From positions 9,238,001-9,302,000 of the forward strand of contig OX597838.1 of the NCBI GenBank assembly GCA_951406725.2: a stretch of DNA of 64,000 nt, read 5' to 3'. Below, in pieces: positions 1 through 13,051 of the stretch. The position numbers and the translations under genes are program-made. Each line of letters starts with the position of its first letter. Position 1 is the stretch's first letter. Below the pieces are notes generated by a model. That model did not search any database. It was given only the letters and a program-made list of their open reading frames with translations, and had not been told where the DNA came from. The stretch is from Octopus vulgaris. Its lineage: Eukaryota.

Positions 1-82
1 ACCGCTAAGTAACGGGGGACATAAACACACCAGCATCGGTTGTCAAGCAATGCTAGGGGGACAAACACACACACACAAATAC

Positions 83-144
<62 letters not shown>

Positions 145-214
145 GGATAAAAACAGTTTGATTCAAATTCGTTGATAATCTTCAGTTTCAAGCATGATGC
201 TAGTCGTCAGCTAT

Positions 215-258
<44 letters not shown>

Positions 259-350
259 AACAACGGGCTTCCATACAGTTTCCATCTAATTCCAGTTACT
301 AGCACAGTAGAAGACACTTGCCCAAGGGTGCTGTGCAGTGAGGTAGAACA
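1..350 (-). mobile_element. SINE family A (tRNA-headed, internal microsatellite), partial and interrupted
   Basis: 1-65 matches the family A body (accgctaagtaacggggg..acaccagcatcggttgtcaagcaatgctagggggacaaac); 260-350 is a degraded agaagacacttgcccaagg segment; separated by (CA)n/(TA)n and a short insert. Confidence 0.8.
175..214 (-). ncRNA. degenerate hammerhead-like motif in a short insert between two (TA)n blocks
   Basis: Minus strand ATAG-CTGACGA-ctAGCAtcaTGCTt-GAAAC-tgaagaTTAT; core and stem II present, stem III and cleavage site damaged. Confidence 0.45.
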
Positions 351-469
351 TAAAGCCAATTATTCTCATAGCCTAGACTTGTATACATGTGCGTATACAT
401 AAATACACACACACATACACACTGGTTTTGTTTCACGGGTTATTTTTTTATTACGAACCCACTAAGGTC

Positions 470-650
470 GCAAGGTGGCAGAACCATCTGCATAGCATGG
501 CAGGCAAAATGCTTAGCGGCATTTATTCAATTTTAATGATTTGAGTTCAAATTCTGCTGAAATTGACTTTGAAAGGGTGAAACCCTTTCAGGGTTGATAA
601 AATAAATATCAGTCAAAAATTGGGGCTGATGTAATCAGTTAGTGCCCCAC
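470..650 (+). mobile_element. SINE family C, old copy
   Basis: ggtggcagaacc..aaatgcttagcggcattt..tgagttcaaattctgctga..gggttgataaaataaatatcag, similar to young copies at 45131 and 62711. Confidence 0.7.
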
Positions 651-1031
651 AACACATACACACACACACACACATAATCATGTTGGGCCTGCCCCCCCAA
701 TCTTCGTTCTCTCCGACACGCTGTGCCTTCCAGTTTTGAAACAGCGCTTTCACATTTATTGTTTCCATAATATTTCCATCTCCCAGTTGAGCAGTAGAAC
801 TCCTAAAAAGGGACAGGAGTTCAAACTGCTTTCTGGGATAAACACTTTTGAAGGGATTTCATTGGTGATGGGCATATTATCCGCATATAAACCAAACTCA
901 ACTGTGAGCAGTAAACTCCACAGACTTTGTTCGCAATTCTTTGTATAAATCATGAATCTGAATAACTTGTGTGTGTGTGTGAATCACTGATACTTTTTTA
1001 TGATGCAGATTCACCAGTAATTTAAATAAAA

Positions 1032-1081
1032 TAACAGCTGAGGAATCTGTAACTTTTAAATAAAGAAATTCTATTCTGTTG
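1032..1081 (+). ncRNA. type I hammerhead-like motif, weak stem II
   Basis: TAACAG-CTGAGGA-...-GAAAT-tct-AT-T-CTGTTG; 6-bp stem I with one G.U pair. Confidence 0.5.
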
Positions 1082-1228
1082 ACCTCAGTGAAATATTAAA
1101 ACAATTTATATAAAAGTTTCCCTCATATTTTGTTCTCTTTGGATCCAATCCTTCAAAGTATTTTCAATAAAATATTTAATTATTCTATATCAAATATATG
1201 AAGTGTATATATTTGATGCATCTATTAA

Positions 1229-1449
1229 GCCTTTCATTACCAACCCAGCTGAAACCGTCTCTGGCTCTGAGTACAAATGTCTTGTTTTCATAAGTTTTGA
1301 ATTAAAATCTTCCACCAAACCTTAGTCACAATTTATGTTCCTAACACTAGCTTAATGATAATGAAGTTGTTTTACTAAATTCTTTGTTATATTTAAAATT
1401 AATTGGAAGAAACACAGAGCATCTCAACAGAAATATGGTAACAAAACGG
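1229..1449. mobile_element. piggyBac-type MITE, copy 1
   Basis: TTAA at 1225-1228 and 1450-1453; degenerate CCCTTTC..GAAAGGG termini; near-identical to the adjacent copy. Confidence 0.7.
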
Positions 1450-1480
1450 TTAAAATATACAATAGAAAAACAATTCTTAA

Positions 1481-1702
1481 CCCTTTCAATACCAACCTGG
1501 CTGAAACTGCCTCTGGCTCTGTAGTACAAATGCCTTATTTTCATAAGTTTTGAATTACAATCTTCCACCAAACCTTATTCACAATTTATGTTCCTAACAC
1601 TAGCTTAATGATAATGAAGTTGTTTTACTAAATTCTTTGTTATATTTAAAATTAATTGAAAGAAACACAGAGCCTCTCAAAATAAATACGGTAATGAAAG
1701 GG
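1481..1702. mobile_element. piggyBac-type MITE, copy 2
   Basis: TTAA|CCCTTTCAATACC ... GGTAATGAAAGGG|TTAA terminal inverted repeats and TTAA target duplication. Confidence 0.8.
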
Positions 1703-2120
1703 TTAAATACCATTTTTTCAAATGATGTAAAATGCTGCCATTTTGATGGTAGAGGATGGTGGTTGTGTGTCATTGATGTGGCACAACCAATCCAAAGAAG
1801 TAACTTTGAATTCGACTCAAGCATCCATCTTTTTACTTGTTTCCTTTAACCAAACTTTCCAAAGCGGTGCCAAGCTGGCCATCTGATGCTTGGTTTGTCG
1901 TGGAGGCATCAAGTGTACCTGAAACCTAATTTACAAGTGGACTTGAAAATGTGAATGGAATCAGACCACTTTTGCATCAAATTGCTCTCCTCATATTTGC
2001 TCTATTCATTTCTGACTCTCCTCATTCAATTCATCTTTTGGCAGTTTTCTCTTTCATTTCAGGTTCCACAATGGCATTTCTATAACTTATTCTTGACAAT
2101 TTAAAAAATTACTTTCTGAC

Positions 2121-2640
2121 CAAAGGTTCTCAACTCATTTTGGCCAAAGACCCCCTTTTGACCCCTGGAGTCACAAATGGACCCTCCCACTAGAAATAGT
2201 TTAATTTTTCAATATACTATTTATTTTGATAATGGTTAAAAAATAAAGGGCGTCATTTTACATATGCACTTGTATGCTGTCGGGGATACAGATGTACAAA
2301 CTGAAATGCAAAATAATGAAATGATGAATTGAAAGTTTGGTAATTGCATTTATTTCCCCCACTCAACACTTACGAGATTAATGTGTTTTTTATTGAAAGA
2401 GTGATCTTTTTTAAACTATGTTACCCAAAAAATGCACCCAGTCCATTTATTGTAGAAAAAATATCTTGCATTCTTTTATAGCAGAGAATGGTTGCAAAAG
2501 AACTAAGTTTAAGACACGAGCACAACAATGAGCAAAGTGAACCCCAAAAACTTGTACCAACTTGGGTGAAATATTGTAATATATACAAATATGCATATTA
2601 GATAACTAAATAAATAGGTGTAAAATTATTGCCTTGATTT
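2121..2640 (-). pseudogene. hAT-superfamily transposase remnant
   Basis: Minus strand ~2425-2540 reads HFAHCCARVLNLVLLQPFSAIKECKIFF/STINGLGAFF with a frameshift, matching the hAT HCxAHxLNLV motif; CAAAGGTTCTCAAC TIR-like end at 2121. Confidence 0.55.
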
Positions 2641-2690
2641 TCAAGAGGAAATTAAGTCAGCGAGGTTGTAGAATGAAAAAACTATTTCCT

Positions 2691-3021
2691 GGACTGAATC
2701 AACGGAACAGCCTGCTCGTGAAATTAACGTGTAAGTGGCTGAGCACTCCACAGACACGTGTACCCTTAACGTAGTTCTCGGGGATATTCAGCATCACACA
2801 GAGAGTGACAAGGCCGGCCCTTTTGAAATACAGGTACAACAAAAACAGGAAGTAAGAGTGAAAGAAAGAGTACAGCAGGGATCACCACCATCTCTGCCGG
2901 AGCCTTGTGGAGTTTTAGGTGTTTTCGCTCAATAAACACTCACAATGCCCGGTCTGGGAATCGAAACCGCGATCCTATGACCGCGAGTCCGCTGCCCTAA
3001 CCACTGGGCCATTGCGCCTCC
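2691..3021 (-). mobile_element. SINE family B (tRNA-headed), lacking its 3' tail
   Basis: Reverse complement of ggaggcgcaatggcccagtggttagggcagcggactcgcgg..; TSD AACTATTTCCT at 2680-2690 and 3026-3036. Confidence 0.9.
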
Positions 3022-3484
3022 ACATAACTATTTCCTATAAAATATATGTACAACAATAGCTAACGATAACAAATACTCTTTTCAACCATTGTTATCCTTA
3101 ACATGTATACACTTGTGTCATTCAAAGAATTTGTTTAGAAATATTTCAATAGTTATTCTGCTAATTTAATATTGAAAACGCAAAATTTTTTATAACTTAA
3201 TGAGAAATGGAAAAGCAGTGTCCTGACTGCTACAGTTGGACATAGCATGACAGATATGTTTTGTACGGAAAATGTTGATAGAGGATTTATTGATAAGATA
3301 ATGAAATTATTCTGAAATCGGAAAACTGGCTCAAAGAATCGCTCCTTAAAAAAAACAAAAAACAACTAAGGGAGACAACTTCTGCAAAAGTTATGGCAGT
3401 TTTGTCCCATGGAAATAGGAGATTTTTTTTTTTTTAGTTTTGTTTATTCTATCCAGTTAGCTAACTAACTAACCAACTAGGTAC

Positions 3485-3719
3485 TACTTAATAAATAGGG
3501 TTCAGCAAATATTTGCTTTACCACATACCGAAGTTTAGAAATAGCAGCCAAAAAATGTTAGCTATTTCTTCTACTTTAAAAAGGGACTCCCAGAAAAACC
3601 AAAATACTTTCTGGGAGTCCCTTTTTAAAGTAGAAGAAATAGCTAACATTTTTTGGCTGCTATTTCTAAACTTCGGTATGTGGTAAAGCAAATCTTTGCT
3701 GAACCCTAATTATTAAGTA
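3485..3719. repeat. near-perfect fold-back palindrome (~110-bp arms, ~11-nt loop)
   Basis: tacttaataaatagggttcagc..gggactcccagaaa / tttctgggagtccc..gctgaaccctaattattaagta. Confidence 0.95.
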
Positions 3720-3879
3720 TTACTTAAGTTTACCATGAAATGGTCCTTTTTTTCATGCCGAATTCTACTTGGTGAAATTAATGATTACTTCTTAATTAAT
3801 CAATTTTACCCTTTGTTATTATTGGCAACCAAGTAGGTAGGTAGGTAGGTAGGTAGACAGACAGACAGATGTGCGTGTG

Positions 3880-4025
3880 TCCCTTCACCGCTTGACAACC
3901 GCCCAAAAGAGACCGATAGAATAAGTACTAGGCTTACAAAAATAAGTCCTGGGGGTCGATTTGGTCGACTAAAAGACAGTGGCTCCAGCATGGCCACAGG
4001 AAAATGACTGAAACAAGTAAAAGAG
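3880..4025 (+). mobile_element. SINE family A, 3' half
   Basis: gagaccgatagaataagtactaggcttac..ccagcatggccacagg..tgactgaaacaagtaaaagag. Confidence 0.85.
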
Positions 4026-4059
4026 TAATGAAGGAGAATAAATATCTTACTGATTGATT

Positions 4060-4255
4060 TAAGGTGCCGAGGAAAATGCTTAGCGGCACTTCGTCCGTCA
4101 TCACGTTCTGATTTCAAATTCCGCTGAGGTTGAAATTTGCCTCTCATCCTTTTTGAGTCGATAAAATAAGTACCAGTTTAGTATTAGGGGTGCAATGTTA
4201 TGGACATATTCCCTGCCCAGAAATTGCTGGCCTTGTGCTAAAAGTAGAAGCCAAT
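4060..4255 (+). mobile_element. SINE family C
   Basis: aaatgcttagcggcacttcgtc..ttcaaattccgctgagg..gtcgataaaataagtaccag. Confidence 0.75.
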
Positions 4256-4361
4256 ATATTATTTATTTATTTATTAATTTTTTTTTTTAAATTAAGGATT
4301 AAAATAAATGAGAAATAAAAACGAACGAATTTATCTGACAACCCAATAGATTGAATGGCTA

Positions 4362-4480
4362 TAGTAGTAGTAGTAGTAGTAGTAGTAGTTAGTAGTTTCA
4401 GCAGCAGCAGTAGTAGTTGTTGTAGTAGTTGTAGTAACAGCAGCAGCAGTAGTAGTAGTAGTAGTAGTAGTAACAGCAGC

Positions 4481-4511
<31 letters not shown>

Positions 4512-5098
4512 ACAGCAGCAGCAGTAGTAGTAGTAGTAGTAACAGCAGCAGTAGTAGTAGTAGTAACAGCAGCAGCAGTAGTAGTAGTAGTAGTAGTAAC
4601 AGCAGCAGCAGTAGTAGTAGTAGTAGTAGTAACAGCAGCAGCAGTAGTAGTAGTAGTAGTAACAGCAGCAGTAGTAGTAGTAGTAACAGCAGCAGCAGTA
4701 GTAGTAGTAGTAGTAGTAACAGCAGCAGCAGTAGTAGTAGTAGTAGTAACAGCAGCAGCAGTAGTAGTAGTAGTAGTAACAGCAGCAGTAGTAGTAGTAG
4801 TAACAGCAGCAGCAGCAGTAGTAGTAGTAGTAGTAGTAACAGCAGCAGCAGTAGTAGTAGTAGTAGTAACAGCAGCAGTAGTAGTAGTAGTAACAGCAGC
4901 AGCAGTAGTAGTAGTAGTAGTAGTAGTAGCAGCAGCAGCAGTAGTAGTAGTAGTAGTAGTAACAGCAGCAGCAGTAGTAGTAGTAGTAGTAACAGCAGCA
5001 GTAGTAGTAGTAGTAACAGCAGCAGCAGCAGTAGTAGTAGTAGTAGTAGTAACAGCAGCAGTAGTAGTAGTAGTAGTAGTAGTAGCAGCAGCAGCAGC
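4362..5098. repeat. compound (GTA)n-ACA-(GCA)n microsatellite with higher-order units
   Basis: Roughly two dozen units of (gta)n-aca-(gca)n. Confidence 0.95.
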
Positions 5099-5252
5099 TA
5101 AAGAATCAGTAGCAGCAGCATTAGCACCTGCTGCTCTGCTACTCTTGTTGTGATTGGTTGAGTCACAGATTAATCCTGATCCAGCAGAAATGGGACTAAA
5201 GACATTCCAGCCTGGCCATTCCATCTCTGATTTATACCTTTCGGGCTTTGCT

Positions 5253-5643
5253 TGGTAAGTAGCTTGTTTACCAACCACATGGTTCCGGGTTCAGTCCCAC
5301 TGCGTGGCACCTTGGGCAAGTGTCTTCTGCTATAGCCCCGGGCCGACCAAAGCCTTGTGAGTGGATTTGGTAGACGGAAACTGAAAGAAGCCCGTCGTAT
5401 ATATGTATATATATATATATGTGTGTGCGTGTATGTTTGTGTGTCTGTGTTTGTCCCCCTAGCATTGCTTGACCACCGATGCTGGTGTGTTTATGTCTCC
5501 GTTACTTAGCGGTTCAGCAAAAGAGACTGGTAGAATAAGTACTGGGCTTACAAAAGAATAAGTCCCGGGGTCGAGTTGCTCGATTAAAGGCGGTGCTCCA
5601 GCATGGCCGCAGTCAGATGACTGAAACAAGTAAAAGAGTAAAG
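5253..5643 (+). mobile_element. SINE family A, near full length
   Basis: tggtaagtagcttg..ggttccgggttcagtccc head, internal (TA)/(TG) tract, ggcggtgctccagcatggccgcagtc..gactgaaacaagtaaaagag tail. Confidence 0.92.
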
Positions 5644-5924
5644 TGTTTTATCCTTTATTTAAAACAGTAGGGCATGATTTAGGGAAATTCTATTGAGTTG
5701 ACTGCTATTTCTAGGAAGCCGGACGACCATGTAGACGCTCCTTCCTTGTTTCATAGAACTGAACACCCTAACACTAATTAAGACAAGCCCTTTATGTTTG
5801 TTTGTTCTGCCGGGTTCTCCCCTCCACCCTTTTATCTCGTTCGAATCCTACTTTGCCTTTTATCCCTCCTGGGGCCGACAAAATATAGAAAACCATTCAT
5901 ACAATGAAAAACGTTGCAAGCCCC

Positions 5925-6400
5925 TGTAAAGACGTCGTTACAATGACAGCGTTGTTGCAATGACGTCACCGCAATAACGTCATTACAATGACAGCGTTTT
6001 CGTAATGACGTCACCGCAGTAACGTCATTGGCAAAGACGTCATTGATATGATATCATTAAAGTGACATCATTACTTAGCTGCCCGTAGCGTCATTCTTAC
6101 CATCGTCGTTACGTCTAACGCTGTCACGCCAAACCACGTCGAAGAAGACGTTACGCTACGTTTGACAACGTCACTCAACGCCACAATCTCACTCCGTAGC
6201 GTCTGTGTCATCTCTATGAGTTACAGTGACACCCTAAACACAGGCTCGCCGTAATGAGCGACGGCCTCTCATTGCTATTACGTCAACAAACCGACGTCAT
6301 TGAACTGTGGTCATTGCAATGACGTCATCACAATGCCTATTGATGACATCATCATCGGAGCAATTACATCTTCGAGTGACGTTAGCCTGGTGACGTCGAT
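5925..6400. repeat. degenerate palindromic ~14-15-bp minisatellite (GTCATTGCAATGAC-like), CpG-rich
   Basis: Recurrent caatgacgtca / acgtcattacaatgac units; exact TGACGTCA at 5961, 6006 and 6320. Confidence 0.65.
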
Positions 6401-6414
6401 GCACTATTCTCGTG

Positions 6415-7286
6415 GCAGACATCATCGTTGTCATCGTCGTCATCATCATCATCGTCCTCATCTTCATCGTTATCATCGCCTTCGTCGTCGTCCTGCTCCT
6501 CCTCTTCCATTTCATCTTCATCATCGTCGTCATCATCATCATCACCATCATCACCATCATCATCATCATCATCGTCCTCATCTTCATCGTTATCATCGCC
6601 TTCGTCGTCGTCCTCCTCCTCCATCTCATCTTCATCATCGTCCTCATCATCATCATCATCACCACCACCACAACCATCATCATCATCATCATCATCATCA
6701 TCGTCGTAATAATGGTCATCGACGTTGTCATCGTCGTCATCATCATCATCATCATCACCATCATCATAATCGTCGTCGTCGTCCTAGCCGTCATCGTCGT
6801 CATCACCATTGTCTTCATAATTATTATCGTCGTCATCATCATCATCATCATCATCATCGTCAAGAACATCATCATCGTCATCATCACAACCAACTTGCAA
6901 CAACTCCCTTGCTACTAAGTACAGCGACCATAACCGCTGACACTCCTCATCGTGGCCACCACCACTTACTACCATCACAACCACAACTCCAACCACAACC
7001 ACTATCACCACCGCTACCGTCACCACAACCACCACCGTCACCACAGCCACCACCATCACCCACCACAGCCACCACCGTCACTACAACTGCCACCGCTGTC
7101 ACTGCAACCGAGACTACAACTACCACTATCTCTGCCACTATTACCACTACCACCGCCACCACTGCTACCAGCTGTACTGAAACTACCACTCATACTGCTA
7201 CCATTGCTAATACAACCACCACCATCACTACAACAACCATAACAACATCAACAACAACAACGGCAACATCACCTCCACTACTACTG

Positions 7287-7331
<45 letters not shown>

Positions 7332-7417
7332 TATCTACTACTACTGCCACTACTACTACTACAGCCACTGCGGCTGCTACAACTACTACTACTGCCACTG
7401 CTACTACCACCACCACT

Positions 7418-7456
<39 letters not shown>

Positions 7457-7463
7457 GCCACTG

Positions 7464-7501
<38 letters not shown>

Positions 7502-7514
7502 GCCACTGCTGCTG

Positions 7515-7557
<43 letters not shown>

Positions 7558-7562
7558 CGCCG

Positions 7563-7605
<43 letters not shown>

Positions 7606-7619
7606 CACTACTACCGCCG

Positions 7620-7659
<40 letters not shown>

Positions 7660-7673
7660 CACTACTACCGCCG

Positions 7674-7725
<52 letters not shown>

Positions 7726-7950
7726 CAGCATTATCATGGTCAGCAGCAACAGCAGCAGCAACAGCAAAAAACAACTACATGGATCATCATCACCAGCATC
7801 ACCATTAACAGCAACAGCAGTAGCAGCAACAATGGTTATGTGTACCATCGCCACCACCACCACCACCACTATCACGAGCCACAACAACCTCAGCAGCAGA
7901 TGCAGCAGCAATGATGATGACGGCACCAGCATCATTATCATCAGCAACAC
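6415..7950. repeat. low-complexity trinucleotide tract (CAT/CGT, CAC, CTA, CAG)
   Basis: Direct inspection; includes a ~120-bp direct repeat at ~6450 and ~6570. Confidence 0.9.
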
Positions 7951-8063
7951 AAAAATTAAACCGTTGCCTAGCAACTGACGTACACACAGACACAGTCGCA
8001 AGAATCCTGATATTATGCAACGCCTTTTGTATGTGCATTTTTTTATTCACGAGGCATGTTCAG

Positions 8064-8617
<554 letters not shown>

Positions 8618-8701
8618 AAGGATAAGACGGTTATTTGAAATAACGATCATATTAAGTGGCCACCATGGTATGAAAAATCTTATAGGTAATAATTATTATT
8701 A

Positions 8702-8952
8702 AAATTAAGATTAAGGGTATCTAAGAGATATCACCATGCTTGAAATAGCAGTCAAAACCTGACTCGAAAACCACATCAAGTATTCAATACAGCACAAGGT
8801 GAAAAGATAAATAATAAACAAACTAGCCAAAAATGATTGTTTATTTATCTTTTTGCTTTGTGCTGTATGAATACATGATGTGGCTTCAGAGCCAGGTTTT
8901 GACTGCTATTTCGAGCATGGTGGTATCTCTTAGATACCCTTAATTATAATTT
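8702..8952. repeat. imperfect fold-back palindrome (~120-bp arms)
   Basis: ttaagggtatctaagagatatcaccatgcttgaaatagcagtcaaaacctg / caggttttgactgctatttcgagcatggtggtatctcttagatacccttaa. Confidence 0.92.
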
Positions 8953-8964
8953 ATATATATATAT

Positions 8965-9121
8965 CTCCTTGTTTTTTTTTTCTGTGTATCTTTCTGTCGA
9001 AGAGCGTAGGCTCGAAACATAAAAGACTTTTCTATTTCTATTCCTGAGCGCTATACTAATACATTTGTTTGTTTGTACTCCACCTGCCTTCGTCTTTTGT
9101 TTATTTTCGTAAACCTTCCCG

Positions 9122-9123
<2 letters not shown>
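8965..9123 (+). mobile_element. short Penelope-pLTR-like element in (TA)n with a variant hammerhead (8989-9026)
   Basis: TCTTT-CTGTCGAA-GAGCgtagGCTC-GAAAC-AT-A-AAAGA; flanked by (TA)n; second copy at 39851-40055 on the minus strand. Confidence 0.6.
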
Positions 9124-9157
<34 letters not shown>

Positions 9158-9627
9158 GATTTTATTTTTTATTTGCTTCAGTCATTAGACTACGGCCATG
9201 CTGAGCGCAGCCAGGAGGAAACCAGTGTTTTTGTTTCTTTTTTTAAATGCCTGGTACTTATAATATAAATCCTTTAGTCGAACCGCTACGTTACGAGGAC
9301 GTAAACACACCAACACCAGTTGTCTGCGGTGGGACGGGCACAAAAGCAATTTATGTATATATTTAACGTATATACAGGTTCTTGCAGTTAAACTGAGACC
9401 AATTTTAAGCAGTTAATTTAGTCGGTTTGACATTTCCTTTTTTTTTTTGGCAATACTATGTTTGCGTGAAAACGTAATCGTCCTCTTTATCTTTCAGGTA
9501 AATAGCGAACCGATTCGACAATAGAAAGTCAAGGAATAACAGAATCATTCCGCCATTCTTGTTTTTGGCGCGCTCCAGACACGCTGCCAATGAAATTGTT
9601 AAGTTGTCGAAACTTCCAAAAGCGACA

Positions 9628-9744
9628 CGTTATCATCGCCTTCGTCATCGTCATCCTCCTCCCCCCTCCCCCTCCCCATCCCCCATCCTCCTCCTCCTCC
9701 TCTTCCTCCTAATCATCATCATCGTCGTCGTCGTCGTCATCATC

Positions 9745-9811
<67 letters not shown>

Positions 9812-10068
9812 CCATCGTCGTCGTCGTCATGGTCATCGCCGTTGTCATCGTCGTCATCATCATCATCATCAATATCATCATCATCACTATAATTGTCGTC
9901 GTCGTCATCATCATCACCATCATCATAATCGTCGTCGTCGTCGTCGTCCAAGCCGTCATCATCATCATCACTATAATTGTCGTCATCGTCATCATCATCA
10001 CCATCATCATAATCGTCGTCGTCGTCGTCCTAGCCGTCATCGTCGTCATCACCATTGTCTTCATAATT
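9628..10068. repeat. (CAT/CGT)n low-complexity module duplicated with 6587-6822
   Basis: Both start with cgttatcatcgccttcgtc and end with cctagccgtcatcgtcgtcatcaccattgtcttcataatt. Confidence 0.85.
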
Positions 10069-10439
10069 TAAAGAGAGAAAGATTAATAGGAAAAGAACAC
10101 AAGACTCAAAGTGATTCCCAGCGCAATCCAAAGTTTCTCGCTGGCCTCAAACGCTCGATTGAAGCCAGCCCATCCACATCCACGACAAATTCTGGCTAAG
10201 TAACGCAATGTGTTCCTTTCCGCTGTGTCCAGAACTGAGAACACGAACCTTGGCATGACTAGCAATGTTCGACGACGCCGTCAACACTTAGCAGCCAAGG
10301 CCAAAGCCAAAACAGAGCCGAGAGATACCCAAAGCTTCTGTCATTCATCAAGCATCAAGGTGCAGGAAATATTCTCGTGTTTGTGGACGAGAAGTTCACT
10401 GTGGATGCTGAGGTGAATTGCAGATAGATAGAGAATTGT

Positions 10440-10600
10440 GTGTGTGTGTGTGTGTGTGTGTTTGTCCCCCCTCCATCGCTTAGTGACCGAGAGAATAAGT
10501 ACTAGGCTTACAAAGAATAAGTCCTGGTGTCGATTTGTACGACTAAAGGCGTTGCTCCAGCATGACCGCAGTCAAATGACTGAAACCAGTAAAATAATAC
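10440..10600 (+). mobile_element. SINE family A, 3' half
   Basis: agaataagtactaggcttacaaagaataagtcctgg..gcagtcaaatgactgaaac. Confidence 0.85.
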
Positions 10601-10625
10601 AAGAATATATATATATATATATATA

Positions 10626-10901
10626 ATAATAAATATTAGGGAATAAATCCAAATTTACAGGGAAAAAATCAGATTTAGGATTAAATCCAATTTTATAGTA
10701 AAATATTATATAATATTAATTCGAGACAAAACCACTATTTTGCAAAACAAACAAGGAAAGACTTAATCAATACATAAAAATTTTAATATAAAATAAATAA
10801 AATAAATAAATAAATAAATATTAAAATTTTTATATTAAAATTTTTATGTATTGATTAAGTCTTTCCTTGTTTGTTTTGCAAAATAGTGGTTTTGTCTCGA
10901 A

Positions 10902-10914
<13 letters not shown>
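10626..10914. repeat. (TA)n-embedded element: one-sided extension plus perfect fold-back palindrome (10707-10914)
   Basis: taatattaattcgagacaaaaccactattttgc.. / ..gcaaaatagtggttttgtctcgaattaatatta, arms ~85 bp. Confidence 0.93.
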
Positions 10915-10961
<47 letters not shown>

Positions 10962-11124
10962 GCATATATACATATATACAAATACGGAAACGTGAAACAG
11001 TTTGCAGCTTTAACAAAGGCACATTACTCTACCTTCGGTATTCGTGTAGTGTTTTTTTTACACCTTGTTTTACATTTACGTGCTTAATGGTGTGTGTGCG
11101 TGTGTGCGTGCGCGCGTGTGTGTC

Positions 11125-11156
<32 letters not shown>

Positions 11157-11174
11157 GATAGAGAGAGAGATCTA

Positions 11175-11212
<38 letters not shown>

Positions 11213-11248
11213 CATATAAATATATATATAAATATATATATATATATA

Positions 11249-11346
<98 letters not shown>

Positions 11347-11769
11347 GTATACATACACACACATTTATATTTAGATGTATGTATGTATGTATGTATGTAT
11401 GTATGTATGTATGTATGTATATATTCTAATTCTTGAAAAAAATATCCGAAGGCATTATTCCCGAGAAGCAAACGATACGAGATGGCCGAGAGGAAAGAAA
11501 AGAAAAGGGATTTCTGATTTCTTTTAACGCGCCACTTCATTGTTTTTAGTTTTGTACTTTTGTTTTATGCTGTTGTTTATTTTTTTTTTTCCTGGGTACT
11601 TACTTTGATATCAAAGCTAAGCGAATCCATCAATGAGATATCGTAGTATATTGATAATATCAAATAACAGGCTTTGATCAAGATTTGCTGTCTCTGACTG
11701 ATCGTTGCGATTTAAACTACAAGCCTCTAATTGACATTGCTGAGTTGTACGATATCCCAAGGCATAAGC

Positions 11770-11899
<130 letters not shown>

Positions 11900-11914
11900 A
11901 CATATATATATTCA

Positions 11915-11975
<61 letters not shown>

Positions 11976-12109
11976 GTGCGTATATGTATATGTGGGCATA
12001 TGTGATGTATGTGTAGACGTATACGATTTCATAAATGTATGGATGTATGAAAAATTATACACACACCCATGCTCAGACTCATGCGCACACGTAGATTGAT
12101 GAAAATAAA

Positions 12110-12243
12110 TAGATAAGGTAGACAGACAGGCAGACAGGCACGCACATAGATTGATAGACAGACAGGTACACTGGCAGATAGTTAGACGGATGGATGGATG
12201 GACGGACAGACAGACAGACTGACAGACAGACAGACAAACAGAC

Positions 12244-12278
<35 letters not shown>

Positions 12279-12288
12279 AAGAAAGAGT

Positions 12289-12339
<51 letters not shown>

Positions 12340-12441
12340 TGATTGATAGATAGTTAGATAGATTGATAGATAGATGAATCGATTGATAGATAGATAGATA
12401 GATAGACAGATATAGATATATAGATATATAGATAGATAGAC

Positions 12442-12506
<65 letters not shown>

Positions 12507-12570
12507 CAGATAGATAGCTGGATGGATGGATGGACGGACAGACAGACAGATAGATAGATAGATGAGATAA
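12110..12570. repeat. (GATA)n/(GACA)n microsatellite
   Basis: Direct inspection. Confidence 0.95.
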
Positions 12571-12817
12571 GATTGCCAACTGTCATTTAACGTAGTAAAT
12601 ACGCTCGGGATTATAACACCAGGAAGAGAATAAGACTATTGGTCACGGCTTGTTGAAGGCTCACCTTTTGACACGAATGACTGAGCGTTGAACCTGTTTG
12701 GCATTGGAGGCAAACACACACATATATGCACGCGTATGTAGAAATGTATGCGTATAGATAGGGAGAGTGAGAGATAGGGCGAGAGAGAGAAAATGCACAT
12801 ATATACAAACATGACGT

Positions 12818-13005
12818 GGAGACACATGGCCTAGTGGTTAGAGCAGCAGACTCGCGGTTGAGGGATCGTGGGTTCGACTCTCAGACCACGCGATGTGTGT
12901 GTTTATGAGCGAAGCACCTAAGCTCCACGCGGCTCCGGCAGAGGTAATGGTGAACTTCTGCTGACTCTTTCGCCACAATTTTCTCTCACTCTTTCCTCCT
13001 ACATC
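12818..13005 (+). mobile_element. family B-related SINE, 5' part
   Basis: tggcctagtggttagagcagcagactcgcgg..ggttcgactctc head; cacctaagctccacgcggctccggcag body as in family B. Confidence 0.8.
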
Positions 13006-13051
13006 TAACTGGTGATCTTGGTCATGGAAAGGTGAGCAAGTAATATTGAAT

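Noticed and set aside
680-960. Non-repetitive stretch with possible minus-strand splice acceptors and short ORFs
   Set aside because: No recognisable protein motif or consistent exon boundaries; cannot be supported without transcript data.
1229-1702. Tandem repeats as a CRISPR-like array
   Set aside because: Two TTAA-flanked MITE copies in eukaryotic DNA; no repeat-spacer structure anywhere in the window.
1710-2100. Possible exon (ttcatttcag and ggtttcag acceptor-like sites)
   Set aside because: Frames close quickly and no homology is recognisable.
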